A stretch of 64,000 nucleotides of DNA from Lama glama. Lineage: Eukaryota. The notes under the pieces were generated by a model. It was not told where the DNA came from, did no database searches, and saw only the letters and a list, made by a program, of their open reading frames with translations. Below, piece by piece: positions 24,191 to 36,569 of the stretch. The stretch covers positions 1,366,001 through 1,430,000 of the forward strand of contig CM052817.1 of NCBI GenBank assembly GCA_028534125.1, in the 5' to 3' direction. The first letter of the stretch is position 1. Each line of letters begins with the position of its first letter. The translations under genes and the position numbers were made by a program.

Positions 24191-26239
24191 TTGCGTGCAT
24201 TCATTTGCTCTTTGGGTTTGATTTTCCCCCACTCTTGCCCAAGGTGTGTGATTCCTGTCTGCCTCGTGGTTAGGGTATTTTGTGTTAGTGTGTATGCAGG
24301 AAAGTTGCATGGTCAGCGGCTGACCCAGAAGCCCACAGGTAGGAGGTCATTCTTGGAGCAGAACCACAAGTTCAGGCCCTGGACTCCCTAATCGAGCAGA
24401 ATCTTAACCTCAGCCCTAAGAAGTGAGGTTGGCTCCTGCGGGGCTGTCTCCTTGGTTTGGCCAGTGCCGGCTCGGGAGGGGGGCTCTGAGCAGTGTGGAC
24501 TGGGGTTGACCTGGGGTCCTGGCAGTGCAGTACACCCCCCCACCCCTGCCCCGGTCACTCTGAGTGGGAGAGGGGCCCAGGAGTGCATGGTGTGCCTGTT
24601 AGCACTGGGGGAGCTGAGCAGAGGGAGAGGCCTTGGGACTCCCAGAGTGGGTGACGGCAGAGCTGGCTTTTGCTCCTCCACCTTTTTCTAGTCCTATCAA
24701 GTAGTGCCCAGAGATAGAAGAGGCTAGTGTGCTGGGTGCCTGGGGCCCAGAGGCCTGCCTTCCATTGGAGACCTCTAGAGACAAAATGCAGTTATTTGAA
24801 TACTTATTGCGTATTTGCCCTGCTCCTGGCACCATGCTTGGCTCCAGTGGGTATTGAGAAAGCCGACTATGTCGCTGTCCTCCAGGTCTGTACGTTCATG
24901 GAGGGAGGCTGTCCACCAGGCCAGTGGAAAATCTAAACTGGCAAAGGGGCGGACAGGAAGGGACACTCAGCTGCACTCCATGAGGTCTGACACTTGCCTG
25001 GACATGAAGGGAGGAAAGGGCCCTGAGTGTGGACCCCAGCCCCTGCCGCCTGTCATTGCCATAGAGAAATTAGTTTTTTTGCATGTTGTGTATCTGACAT
25101 CCTTGCAAAATCTCATTCTAGTAAGAATCTGGGTTCTGTTGAATCCTTTACGTTCACAACCACGTCATTTGCAGCGAACTGCCACTCATTCTTGGACCTT
25201 TCTCTCCCAGAACTTGCTGTTGTCTCCAGTACACTACCACGCACCCACGGCGTTGTGGGGCATCTTTGTGTTTGAGCATTTTCGCCGAGACACCTTTGCT
25301 GTAGGTGCCTGCTAGGTAACCAACAGGTAAGGAGCCCTGTGGTAGGGGTTTGTCTTTCATTTGTTTCATTTTGTCACAGTGGATGTCTGACCTTACCAGT
25401 TCTGCTTCTACTGAAAAATACTACTTTCCCGTTTAGATCACTTACTGCAGTGTATTACAGTGTCTGACGCTTTTCAGTGCACGTCCAGCTTTGCCTTTCT
25501 AGGATAAGTCCACCTTGTATAGGAAGACAACACCGTGTCAATGCTCAGTTTAGGGTTTTTAAACATCATGTTCACAGCTGCACTGACCTGTCGTTTTCTT
25601 ACATTATCTCCGTCAGGTTACGCTCGGCTCCCTGCAGCGAGCCTAAGGCGCGTTCTGTCTCTGCCATGGATTCTAATTAACTGGTTCCCTGAGCGTGTGG
25701 TAGAGCTCAGCAATAAAGCCTCTGAGCTAGTTTCAGGAACAAAAGGTTCTGAAATGCTGATTAGATTTTTTTAAATGTTTGGGAATTGTTTACATTTAAG
25801 TCAGTTTGTTAAGTTACAAGTTTCTGGGAATTTGTATATTTCATCTCTTTACAAGTTTTTGGCATAAAGTTCAAAATATTCTCTTGTTAGCTAATTATCC
25901 CTGGTGGCATCTTTTAATCATTAACACTAATTTATACTTTCCCTTTTGTTTTTAATCAGTTTTGTCAGATTTGTCAATTTCACATTCTATATATGTTAAT
26001 TGCAGTGTTGAGTCTTTGTGGGTCTAGTTCTGAGGCCTTTTATCCCTGCTGGCTGTCACCAGTGATGACTTCCTTGTGTGTTCTGTGGATTTTTTTCCTA
26101 CCTTACTTTGAAACCATGTAGCTTGGTACCCTACCTGAAAGTTCTTTGAGACCTGGATTGAACGGGGTTTCCTCCTCCAGAAAGCATTTGCTTGCCCTTG
26201 CGTTTATGAGGTGCTTAAGGTTGTTACCGACTCAAAGCC

Positions 26240-26835
26240 GCTCTGTTTAGCTCTATACTGTGAAGTACAGCACACAAAAAAGCACACCTCACTAAATTAC
26301 TTTAAAAGTACAGTTCAGTGAATTATCGTAAAGCAAATGCCCACAAAACAGCTGACTGCTGTAAGAAACGACATTGCCAACACCTTAGAAGCCCCTCCTT
26401 GTCCTCCCTCCCAGTCAGGACCCTTGCCTTTTCCTCCACAGTAATCGCTATTCTGACTTTTATGGAAATCACTCCTTTATAATTAAAGTTTAATCACCAA
26501 AGCACACAGTCTTAATCACATAATTTACTTGGTCTGGTCTTTGAACTTTAAATAGATGGAATCACTCAATGTGTATTTTTTGGAGAGGCGTGGCTTCTAT
26601 TGCTCAATATTAGATTAGTGAGATGCATTCTCGTTGTGTAGTTTGTTCTTTTTCTTTCCTGTATAGTACATCCTTAGATGACTATGCTTCATTTTATCCA
26701 TTCTTTCAGTCATTTAAGCTTTTTTGGCTATTAATAGCCAAACTGAACATTGTGTTTTGTGTTTGTCTCTTGGTACAGTTTTGCTCACATACCTGTTGGA
26801 CATACACCTAAGTGTGAAATTAATGGATTATAGAG
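26240..26835 (-). mobile_element. Old L1 3' end fragment
   Basis: ACATTGCCAACACCTTAGAAGCCCC, TATTCTGACTTTTATG and GATGGAATCA are antisense L1 3'UTR motifs. Confidence 0.7.
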
Positions 26836-26840
26836 AGTGA

Positions 26841-29800
26841 ACATTCAGGAAAACTCACAAACATGTAGATATTAAACAACATACTTTTAAACAACCCAGT
26901 GGTTCAAAGGAAATTAGAAATTACCTTGAGAAGAACAAAAATGAAAACACAACGTCCAAAACTTAGGGAAGGCAGTGAGCAGTGCTCACAGGGATATTTA
27001 CAGTTGCAGATGTCTACATCAGAAAATCAAATCAACACCCTAATTGTTTGCCTTGAGGAACTAAAAAGAGCAAAGTAAACTCAAAGCTAGCAGAAGGGAA
27101 GTGATAACAAAGAACAAAGCAGAGAGATGAAGTTGAGGCTAGAAAACAACAGAGAAAACCAAGGACACCGAAAGCGGTTTCTTTGAGGAGGTCGACAAAA
27201 TTGACAGACCTTCAGCTAGACTGACTAAGCAAGAGGGAAGACTCAAACTACGAAAAACAATCAAAGAGGACATTACCGAACGTCTCAAAAACGAGAATTA
27301 TAAAAGACCACTGTGAACACCTGCATGTCAGCAAATTAGACAACAGATGAGATGGACAAGTTCCTAGAAATACTAACCAAAACCGACTCCAGGACAGATG
27401 AGTAGACCTATAAAAATGAGGTTGAAACAGTGTGCAGAACCCCAGCGGAGAGAAGCCCGGGACCAGATGGCTTCATGGAGAGAGTCTAGCAAATGTGTTA
27501 AAAAAAAAAAAAAAGAATCTTTTTCAAATTCTTCCAAAAAATTCAAGAGGAAGAGGAAACACTTCTAACTCATTTTGTGAAGTCAGCAATGTCCTGATAC
27601 TGAAGCCACACAAAGACACTACAGGAAAAGGAAACGACAGAGTAAATATCTTGTGAATACAGATGCAAAAATCTTTGACGAAGTGCTCGCGCCCTGGATT
27701 TGGCAGCATGTCGAAAGGGTTACACAGTGACTGGTGTATTTTCAGGAATGCAAGAGTGGCTCAACCTATGAAAATCAATACACCACATTAGTAGAAATAA
27801 ACACATGATCATCTCAACTGATACAAAAAAAGCTTTTGACAAAATCCAGCATCCTTTCATGGAAAAAAAAAGCATTCAGCAGGCCAGGAATAGAAGAAGA
27901 GTGCCTCAGCATCATAGAAGCCACGTACGAAAAGCCTGCAGTTAACACGCTCAGTGCAGAGGGACAGAGCTGTCCCCCAAGGTCAGGAACGAGACGCTCA
28001 CCTTCATCACTTACATTCAGCATAGTTCTGGAAGCGCTAGCCAGAGCAATCAGGCAAGAAAGAAAGGAAAGATACCCAAGTTAGAAACGAAGGAGAAGCA
28101 TCTGCAGGTGACCCCTGGCTCATCCACAGCACACACAGTTACAGGGTACAGATTCACAAATCGGTTGTATTTCTAGACGCCATCAACAGTCTGAAAGGGA
28201 AATTAAGAAAATTCCGTTTTCAGTAGCATCAGAAAGAATAAATTAGGAATAAATTTAACCAAGTAGGTGCAAAACGTGTACACTGAGACATTGGCGAAAG
28301 AGCCATCACTACAAAACATTGCCAAAAGATGTAAACCTAAATAAACAGACATCCCATACTCACGGTTTGGAAGACTTGGCATTGGTAAGGTGGCAGTGCT
28401 ACCAAAAGCAGTGCAGTCCCTCCCAAACTCCAGCCCCCACGGCAATTTCTGTAGAAATGGAAAAACCCATCTTAAAATTCGTGTGGGATTCCCAGGGGCC
28501 CAGGACAGCCAAAACCACCTTGAAAACGACTCACTTCCCGGTTAGAAAACTTCTCATAAGGGAACAGGGATCAAAAGCGTGGCGCTGGCACTGGGACAGA
28601 CATACAAGCCAACGGAGTAAGATTGAGAGCCCAGAAATAAACCATCACTTCTGTGGCCAAATGATTTTCACAAGGTTTCAAAACCATTCAGTGGAGAAAG
28701 AAAGGTCTCAAGCAACTGGTGCTTGGAAAATCGGATATTCATATGCCAAAGAATTAAACCATTTATAAGAATTAATGAAAAATGGGTCAAAGTTCTAAAT
28801 TTAAGGGCTACAACTATAAAATTCTTATAAGAAAACACAGACATGACTATTCATGACTTTGGATTTGGCAGTGGTTTCTGCAATATGACAACAAAAATAT
28901 GGGCAACAAAAGGAAAAATAAATTTGACTTCATTAAAACTAAAACTTTTTGTGCATCAAAGGACACTATCAGGAGAATGAAAAGACAACCCACCTACAGA
29001 ATGGGAGAAAATATTTGCAAGTCTTCTATCTGATAAGGAACTAATAACCAGAATATAAAGTGCTCCTATAACTCAACAAGAACAAAAATCAGACAGCCCA
29101 ACTTAAAAATTCCCAAAACCTACGGAATGGGAGAAAATATTTGCAAAAGGTAAAAATTGACAAAGGACTGAAGTAGATGTTTTTCCAAAGAAGATATACA
29201 AGTGACCAATAAGCACGTGCAGGGGACACAGCAGATTCGCCATGAGTGAAACGTGTATCAAAACCACAGGGAGACACCACTTCACACCCATTAGAAAGGG
29301 CTATTATCAATAACAGAACGTGAGTGTTGGCGAGGATGTGCAGAAAGAAATTGGAACACTTGTGCATTGCTGGTAGAAATATAAAATGCCGAAGTGCTCT
29401 AGAAGACAGTTTAGTGGTTCTTCAAAAGGTTCTATATAGAATTACCATATGATCTAGCAATTTCACTCCAGATAGATACCCAAAATAACTGAAAGCAGGG
29501 CCTCAGACAGATAACTCGTACACCACGGTTCATAGCAATGTTGTTCACAACAGCCGAAGGGAGAAACAACCCAAACGCCTTCCAGCAGACGAACAGATAG
29601 ACATGGCATGGCATGTGCACACAGTGGGTTATTACTCAGCCTGAAGAAGGAATGACATTCTGGCACATACTTACAACACGGGTGAACCTGGATAACACGT
29701 GAAGTGAAATAAGCTAGACATCAAAGTACAAATATTGTATGATTCCACTTAACATGAGGCAATACAATAGGCAAACTCATAGAAACAAAGTAGACTAGAG

Positions 29801-30008
29801 GTTAACGGGGCCTGGGAGTAGAAGGGAAAAGGACGTATTGTTTGATGGGCACCGAGTATCTGGGATGGTGAAACATTCTGGAAATGGATAGTGGCTGGAC
29901 AGCACTGTGAATGTAGCTAATGCCAACTGAATTGTACACTTGAAAAAGATTAAAATGGTGACTTCTGCATTATATATATATATTTGCCACAATTTTTAAA
30001 AATTAAAA
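26841..30008 (+). mobile_element. 5'-truncated L1 (L1MB-like): degraded ORF2 through 3' end
   Basis: ORF2 remnants such as FSIVLEALARAIRQE and ISVEMEKPILKFVW..KIESPEIN; 3' terminus AACTGAATTGTACACTT..TTTGCCACAAT plus an A-rich tail. Confidence 0.92.
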
Positions 30009-30141
30009 CTGGCATAAAATAATCATATCTATATCTAGATATAAAATCTTATATATATATTTCATTTATATACGTTTGGTCTTTATTCCTTTCTTTATTT
30101 CCACCTGGAGCAATTTTCCTACTGCCCAGAAAACTTCCTTT

Positions 30142-30270
30142 GGGAGGTTGGGTACAGCTCAGTGGTAGAGCATGCCTAGCATGCTCGAGGTCCTGAGTTC
30201 AATCCCTAGTACCTCCATTTAAAATAAATAAATAACCTGCCCCCCGAAACAAAACAAAACAAAAAACAAA
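30142..30270 (+). mobile_element. tRNA-Ala-derived SINE (Vic-1-like)
   Basis: GGTACAGCTCAGTGGTAGAGCATGCCTAGCATGCTCGAGGTCCTGAGTTCAATCCCTAGTACCTCC with a (CAAAA)n tail; imperfect TSD AACTTCCTTT / AACCTTCTTT. Confidence 0.9.
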
Positions 30271-30395
30271 GAACCTTCTTTAGTATTTCTTTTAGTGAAT
30301 TCCTGCTGGCAATAAATTCTATTTTTGTTTATCTGAAAATGCCATTATTTACCTTCATTTTTGCATGATATTTTTGTTTCTAAGTAAAAAATATA

Positions 30396-30600
30396 CAGGT
30401 TGCTGTCTAATATGGTTGTCGTAAGTCACGTGTCTGTTGAGTACTCAGAACACAATGACTCCAAATGTGGAGAGCCTGGAAGTGTAAATAACACACAGGA
30501 TTCTGAAAACTTAGTATAAAAAAAAGTGTTAATAATTGTGTATTGATTACATGTTTTAGTCATGATGTTTTGAATATGTTGTGTTAAATAAAACATTAAA
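30396..30600. mobile_element. MER33-like hAT-Charlie element
   Basis: GCTGTCTAATATGG..AAGTGTAAATAACACACAGGATT..ACTTAGTA..TATTGATTACATGTT..GTTAAATAAAA resembles recalled MER33. Confidence 0.7.
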
Positions 30601-30609
30601 GGATTTTTT

Positions 30610-32300
30610 AAAATTAGAAGTTGGCAGTTTTTTCCTCAATTACTCTGTCATTCGATTGCTCCCTAGCTTCACTGCTGTTGCAGTCAGCTGTCACGTACCT
30701 CTGGAGACAGGAATATCTTCTTTGACTTTTTGTCTTTGTGTTTTCAGCAGCGGGGCAGTGACGTGCTTACCCTTCGGTGTGGTCTGTTTGCAGTTTCACA
30801 GAGAGACCTGGAACTGTGGGTAAATATCAGTTCTGGAGAATCTGCTCCAGGGGCCTTCTCTCTCCTTGCCTTTGGGACACCAGTTACGTGCATGTTAAAC
30901 TTTAAGCTGTGTCATCTGTTTTCTGTCCTCTTCGCTGTTTTACCAGTTTTTTTTCTCTCTGTGCTAGTTGTTTTATATTGAATTTTCTTCTAATTATTAA
31001 TCCTTTCATGTACTATGTCTCACCTATTAATTTATTGAAGTCTTAATTTCAGTTACTTTATTTTTCAGTTCTAGTTAATCTTCTTATAGATTTCAATTCT
31101 TGGGTGAAATTCTCCATTCTTTCATCTGTATTTTACATCTTTTCCTCTTTTCTTAAACATATTAACTATTGTTACAATATATCTTTGTCTACTAACTCCA
31201 ATATGTGACTCACCTATGGGCTTTTGTAGCCTTCTGCTTTTTTATTTTCTGTAAAATGGCCCTGTGTCTTGACCTGCCTACAAAATTTTAACTGAAAGCT
31301 GACTTGTGTATAAAAGATTGCAGAGGCTACAGACGATGTATTCCTCTGCCCTGCAAGTGGAGCCGGTGCTCCTCACCTTAATCTGGTCTGAGCTACGTGA
31401 AGGCTGCGTTGCAGGTGGGTCAGGTTCTGTCCACTGCCGGTTCACTCCCAACCCTTAGGACACCATTAAGGGCTTCGGACTGAGCACCGGAGTTCGTGAC
31501 CCTGGTGAGTCCTCATCTCAGTTATAAGATGGAGGGGAGATACTTAACAGTCTTTGTGAGAAATACATCTACTGGTATTTTAGGGGTTTTTTGTTACTAT
31601 GTTAGTCTGTTTACCTGAAAAAGATAATTTGAATGTCCAAAATTGTTTTTTTTTGTCTCCATACATGATCGACAGTTTGGCTGACTATACAATTCTACCT
31701 TGTATGTGATTTTCTTTCAGAATTGTAAAGGGCTCCTCCACTACTTGGCACTGAATGTCATGAGCATTATTGCTCAGTGAGATTCGTGTTCCTGCCTTTT
31801 TTTTTTTTTTCAGATGTGATTTCCTTTTTTCTCTCTGAATGTTTTAGGCTGTTTACCTCTGGTTCCCTCCAGTCAGTCACCATCGTTGGTGGACTCTTTC
31901 AATCTGGACATTCAAGTCCTTACTTCTGATAAATTGTATTTCTTTCAAAAGTTACTTCCCTCCATTTTTTCCCGTAGAGTTCGTATTGGAAAGTAGTTGG
32001 ACCTCATGGATTGAGATTTTAAGTCTCATTTCTCTCTGATTTTCTGTGTCTTTTTGTTCTACTTACTGAATAATTTCCTTAACTTTATCTTGCAACCCTT
32101 CTATTGAATTTTTTTACAATTTGGGTGTATTTTTAATTTCAAGACTCCTTTCTTAAACGTCCCTGAGGCTATTAGCAGTTTTTGAGAAATGTTTTGATTC
32201 CTTCCATTAACAGCTTCTTTGCCTGCTCCCCTTCACACACACGTTTTTATATCTGCACTTGAGCCATTTCTTAAATGACTGGTGATCCTTGACTTTTCCT
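30610..32300 (-). mobile_element. Ancient L1 fragments
   Basis: T-rich antisense L1-like motifs such as TTATTTTTCAGTTCTAG, GTGAAATTCTCC and CTTCTATTGAATTTTTT. Confidence 0.55.
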
Positions 32301-32961
32301 TCATGTCTACAAGTGACGAGCTTAGAGGCTGATCAGAAGCTCCACAGAGCAGAGCTTCTGACCTGAGGGCTTCAATTTTGGGTGCGCATGAACAGCTGCC
32401 TGACTCTTTGGGATCCCCAAACATGAATATGGCCATATCCATTCTCACATTGTAGTTTCTGCAGAGAATTCTCTGTGCTCTGCTGGGGTGGGGCGGGTTG
32501 GGGAAGCCCGCTGCTGGAGTTTTGCTTGGGGCTGCTTGGGGCATGGAAATGGCTTGAGAAGGGGTGTCCAACTGTCATTTCTGCAGACTTAACAAAGTCA
32601 GAAATTAGAAAAGGCTATCTAGGTTCATTATTATGTAATGCTCACTGGTTATGAATTGTGAGATCATGAACTTCCCTGATTTTTCTTATACAATTGCCTT
32701 GTTACCAGTACATATTCATATCTGATTAATATTTACTGCACATGAAAGTGATAAAACTTCACTTTTACAGAAACACCCAGCATATGCCACCCTTCCCTGA
32801 AAGTGGTTCTGAGAGCCTTCCAGGACCACGAGGTGCTTGGAGTGGCATCTCCATGCCTGACTCCTCCCCTTCCTATGACGGCTGTGCTCCCGCCAGACTG
32901 AGCTGCCGTCACTGTTACGAGGATACAAAGACCTTTCTGGCCCTAAGTCCTGCATCTCCCT

Positions 32962-33474
32962 TGCGACGGTTATTATAGGTCAGCTTGGCTGGGCCATAGG
33001 GCGGCCAGACATTCGGTCAAACATGACTCTGGATGTGTCTGCTGAGGGTGTTTCCAGGTGGGATTAGCCCTGGAATTGGTGGACTGAGTGAAGCAGGCTG
33101 CCCTCCCTATCCAAGCAGTTGAAGGCCTGAATAGAACAAAAAGGCAACTCCTGCTGCCTGAGTGCCTCCAAGCTGAATCAGTTATTTTTTTCCTACCTTC
33201 TTGGTTCTCAAGCCTGCTGACTTTGGCCTAGAATACCACCATCAGCCTTCCTGGGTCTCAGGCCCGCAGACTTGACTACACCACGGGCTCTCTGAGGTTT
33301 CCAGCTTGCTGACTGCAGGTCTTGGGACGTGTCAGCTTCCGTCACTGTGTGGGCCAGGTCCTTCAAATAAATAGGTATATATCTTTATCTATCTATCTAT
33401 CTATCTATCTAAATCTATAGATAGATAGGTATCTCCCATTGGAGCTGTTTCTCTGGAGAACACTGACTGACACA
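32962..33474 (+). mobile_element. MLT2-type ERVL solo LTR with internal (CTAT)n
   Basis: Starts TG..GTCAGCTTGGCTGGGCCA, contains GGACTGAGTGAAGCAG and GGCCTGAATAGAACAAAAAGG, and ends GTTTCTCTGGAGAACACTGACTGACACA; flanks TCCCT / TTCCT form an imperfect 5-bp TSD. Confidence 0.88.
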
Positions 33475-35443
33475 TTCCTCAAAGGGGTGAAAATTGACTC
33501 TTAAGGAGAGAAACAGACCTGTAGATATTGCAATGGTTTGTGGCCCTCCAAAGTTCAACCCTGCCAGACAAAATCGTACTCCTTAGTATTCTCTCCTTAA
33601 TTTCTTATTAATTTTTCCTTAGGAGATGATGAAAAGCAAAGGTTGGGAACCACTGCTTTACGCCTTTTCTTCCTAACTTCTGTCTGCTAGGAGCACCCTC
33701 TCCACACCCTGTGAGGCTGTCATAAGTGTCCCAGCTTCTAATCTTGCTCCCCTGATATCCACTCTCAACATAACAGCCAGGGTTTTCTCAAAAATGTACA
33801 ACCTGCCATGAAAGTCCCTACTCAAAACCCTCCAGGGCTCCCAGCTGATTTAGAATAGAACCCAACATACATGGAGGATATGGCTTCTGCCACTTCCATT
33901 CGCTCCAGTCGTGACGGCTGCTGTTGGTTCCTGGGATTTGCTGAGCTTTCCCCTGCTCCAGGGTCTTGAATTTCTGAAAGTTTTTTGCTCTGACAGTGAC
34001 TGGCGCTGGCTCACCTCCTCAGAGAGGGTTCCCCTGTCTCCAGCCACCTGAGGAACTCCCGATCGATTCACGATGTGCTCTGCTGGAACCCGAAAGTCTC
34101 ACTGCAGCCACACCTGAGTTGAAATCTGGGCTCTGCCTCTGACTATCTGGGTGAGTCTGGGCAAAGCCCTCACCAAGTACAAACTTACAGTTTCTCACCT
34201 GTTGGCTGTTGGTGCCTATCTTGAGAATGGCTGTGTGGATTAAATGAGATGATTTAGCAGCAGGCAGAGGGCTGGTGCATAATTGGTTGACAAGTGGTCG
34301 TTATTACGTCATTCATCCATCCAGCAAATACTGGTATGCGCCCAGCCCTTGCCTGGCAGGAGCTGGGGTTCAGAGGTGCAGGAGGTAGACACTCCCATGT
34401 TTTATCCCCTGACTTCATGTTTCTGGGAATACTGGTGAATACCAAGAATCCCAGTCCAGCACAATGTACTCTGACAAGAGAAAGCACAGGGGCTGCGGGA
34501 GCAGGGAGTGTCTGACTCAGCCTGTGTGGGGAGGGAGGCAGCCCAAAACACTGCCCACCCAGGGGGGGTGCCAGGACAGGCATCCCCACCCACCCTCTCA
34601 AACTCCACCTTCAGCAGCAGGGTCATTCAAAGTCCTCCAGGAGGGGTGACGGGTCTTTATTCCGCCCACACAATGTGGAGTCTGAAAGCCTTCAAGTAGA
34701 GGGTTGATCTGATCATATTCGCTCATCCGTTTGCGGCATGAAGAACGGGTCAGAGGATGAGAAGGCGGCGGCTGCAGCGGGGGGCAAGAGTGACGGTGAG
34801 GCAGTGAGACCTGGCCGACCCAGAGCTAACGGTTGTGGGGCCCAGGAAAGAGTGCAAATAGAGGCGCTCATACCATACATCCTAGTGCCGAGCTCCTCTG
34901 CATCTCTGCCCGGTAGTCAGTCATGATACCAAAGACGGGAAAACACATCTTTTATGCCTCAATGTATGTGATGGATGAGGCCCTCTGGAGCGCAGGGCCC
35001 AGGCAAGGCACCCCTGTGGTCCAGATCTAAGGGCAGAACTGTACCTGGGGCTTGCTGATGATGGGCAAAGCGCCCAGCAAGGAGGAAGGTCCGGGCGCAG
35101 CAGCCCCGCTGGAAGGCCTGGGAGGGTCTGACGGGGTTCGCGGTGGGTGAATGAGAGGTTGTGAGAAATGGCTGGACGGCCCCGGGACCTTGCAGGGTCG
35201 CAAGGCACCAGGAGCCCAGGCGACAGCTGCAGGGGGCCGCAGGGAGAGAGCGTCCTTTGGAAGGGCGCCTCTAGGGCAGGCGTTCCAAGCTACAGGCCAG
35301 GTGTGCCGGCCTGCAGCCGCCCCATCGCCCAGGGCGGACCCCGACCAGGCGGCGGCCGGGCCCAGAGCCCTCTGGAACCCGCCCAGCCTACGAGGCGGGT
35401 CATCCTCGTCCCACGGAGTCACCTGGACTCGGGCGAGGGGCCA

Positions 35444-35520
35444 GGCCCAAGGTCACAGAGCCAGCTAGCGGAGGAGGCGGATTCGAACCCGGATCCGGGC
35501 CAAGGTCACCGGGCCTTTCC
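35444..35520 (-). mobile_element. MIR remnant inside the CpG island with an intact B-box
   Basis: GCCCAAGGTCACAGAGCCAGCTAGCGGAGGAGGCGGATTCGAACCCGG aligns to recalled MIR GCCCAAGGTCACACAGCTAGTAAGTGGCAGAGCCGGGATTCGAACCCAGG. Confidence 0.72.
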
Positions 35521-35709
35521 TAGCGGGCCAGAGCCCCGGCGGCCGCCTGGCTCATCCTGGGGGCCGGGCCGAGCTGCGGACCCGGCGGTAGGGGCGCAAG
35601 GCGCGGGGGCGTCTGGGAGCCTGTCAAAGAGGCGGAACTCCTCGCCGCCAGCCTTGTAGTTCGCGCACTGTGAGCGACGCGGCTCTGCGCGAGCCGGATC
35701 CCTCCGCCC

Positions 35710-35729
35710 GACTACAACTCCCAGAAGGC
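35710..35729 (+). promoter_or_regulatory. ZNF143/THAP11 (SBS) motif
   Basis: GACTACAACTCCCAGAAGGC closely matches the ACTACAnnnCCCAGnATGC consensus. Confidence 0.85.
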
Positions 35730-36081
35730 CGCGCGGAGCGGGAGGGGAAGTGAGGCGCGAGCGCGGGGTGACATCATCCCCGCATCCTTCTCCCCCACTC
35801 GAGCCCCTCGCGGCGTTCGGGCGTACGGACGCGCGCGGCCTGAAGGGAATTGTGGTCCCCACGCTTGGCGCCTCCAGCGGCGGCGCCGGCGTGCAGACTC
35901 CAGGTCCCAGCGTGCCCTGCGCGCCGGCGCACGTTAACGGCGGGAGGGGCGGGCGCGGCAGAGGGGGAGCGGCGCTAGGGAAGGCGGAGTAAGGCGGGAG
36001 GGAGGGCGCCCACACCCCTCCCCCTCCCTGCCGCTCCTTCCCCCTCCCCCGACGTAAACTGGGATCCCTTTCCCCTTGTGT

Positions 36082-36091
36082 CCGCCATATT
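36082..36091 (+). promoter_or_regulatory. YY1 motif near the presumed FAM193A TSS
   Basis: CCGCCATATT matches CCGCCATnTT. Confidence 0.65.
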
Positions 36092-36335
36092 GGACTCTAA
36101 CTCTGGTCAGCGGCGGTGCCGGGCCCGGTGGACTCGCCGTTGCTCCCACCCAGCGGCCGCCCCGCAGCTCCTGCCCGCCCGGCCCTCCCCACCCGGAGGC
36201 GACCCCGCGCAGCGCCCCCCGCCCGCGGCCGGCCGGAGCTCCCCGCCGCCGCCTCAGCCTCCCCGCCTTCCCCGCCCTCCGCCGCCGCCCGCGGCCCCGC
36301 GCCCGCTCCGCGCCCTCCCCGCCCGCTCGCCCGCC

Positions 36336-36569
36336 ATGAGCCCGGCCGACGCCAAGCGCGGGGCCAAGCGCCGGAAGAACAAGCGGGGCGGCGGCGGCGG
36401 CTCGGGCGGGGGCAACGGCGGCGCGGGCGGCGGCAAGGCCGGCCCGGCGGCAGCGCTGCGCGGCTCCCAGGCCGCGGGCCTGGCGGCCCCGGGCGGCGCG
36501 GCGGCGGCCAACGGGCCCCTCGGCGCGGGCGCGGGCGCGGGCGGCGCCGCCCCCGGAGGCTACTTCGAG
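36336..36569 (+). CDS. FAM193A: FAM193A first coding exon (78 codons); later exons lie beyond the window
   Basis: CCGCC ATG in good context, encodes MSPADAKRGAKRRKNKRGGGGGSGGG..GGAAPGGYFE, then donor GAG|GTAAGC. Matches the recalled long-isoform FAM193A N-terminus and the known RNF4-FAM193A gene order. Confidence 0.9.

Noticed and set aside
30142..30217. tRNA-Ala gene
   Set aside because: Short, distorted stems, a SINE tail and a TSD show it is a SINE head; the same applies to the other three copies.
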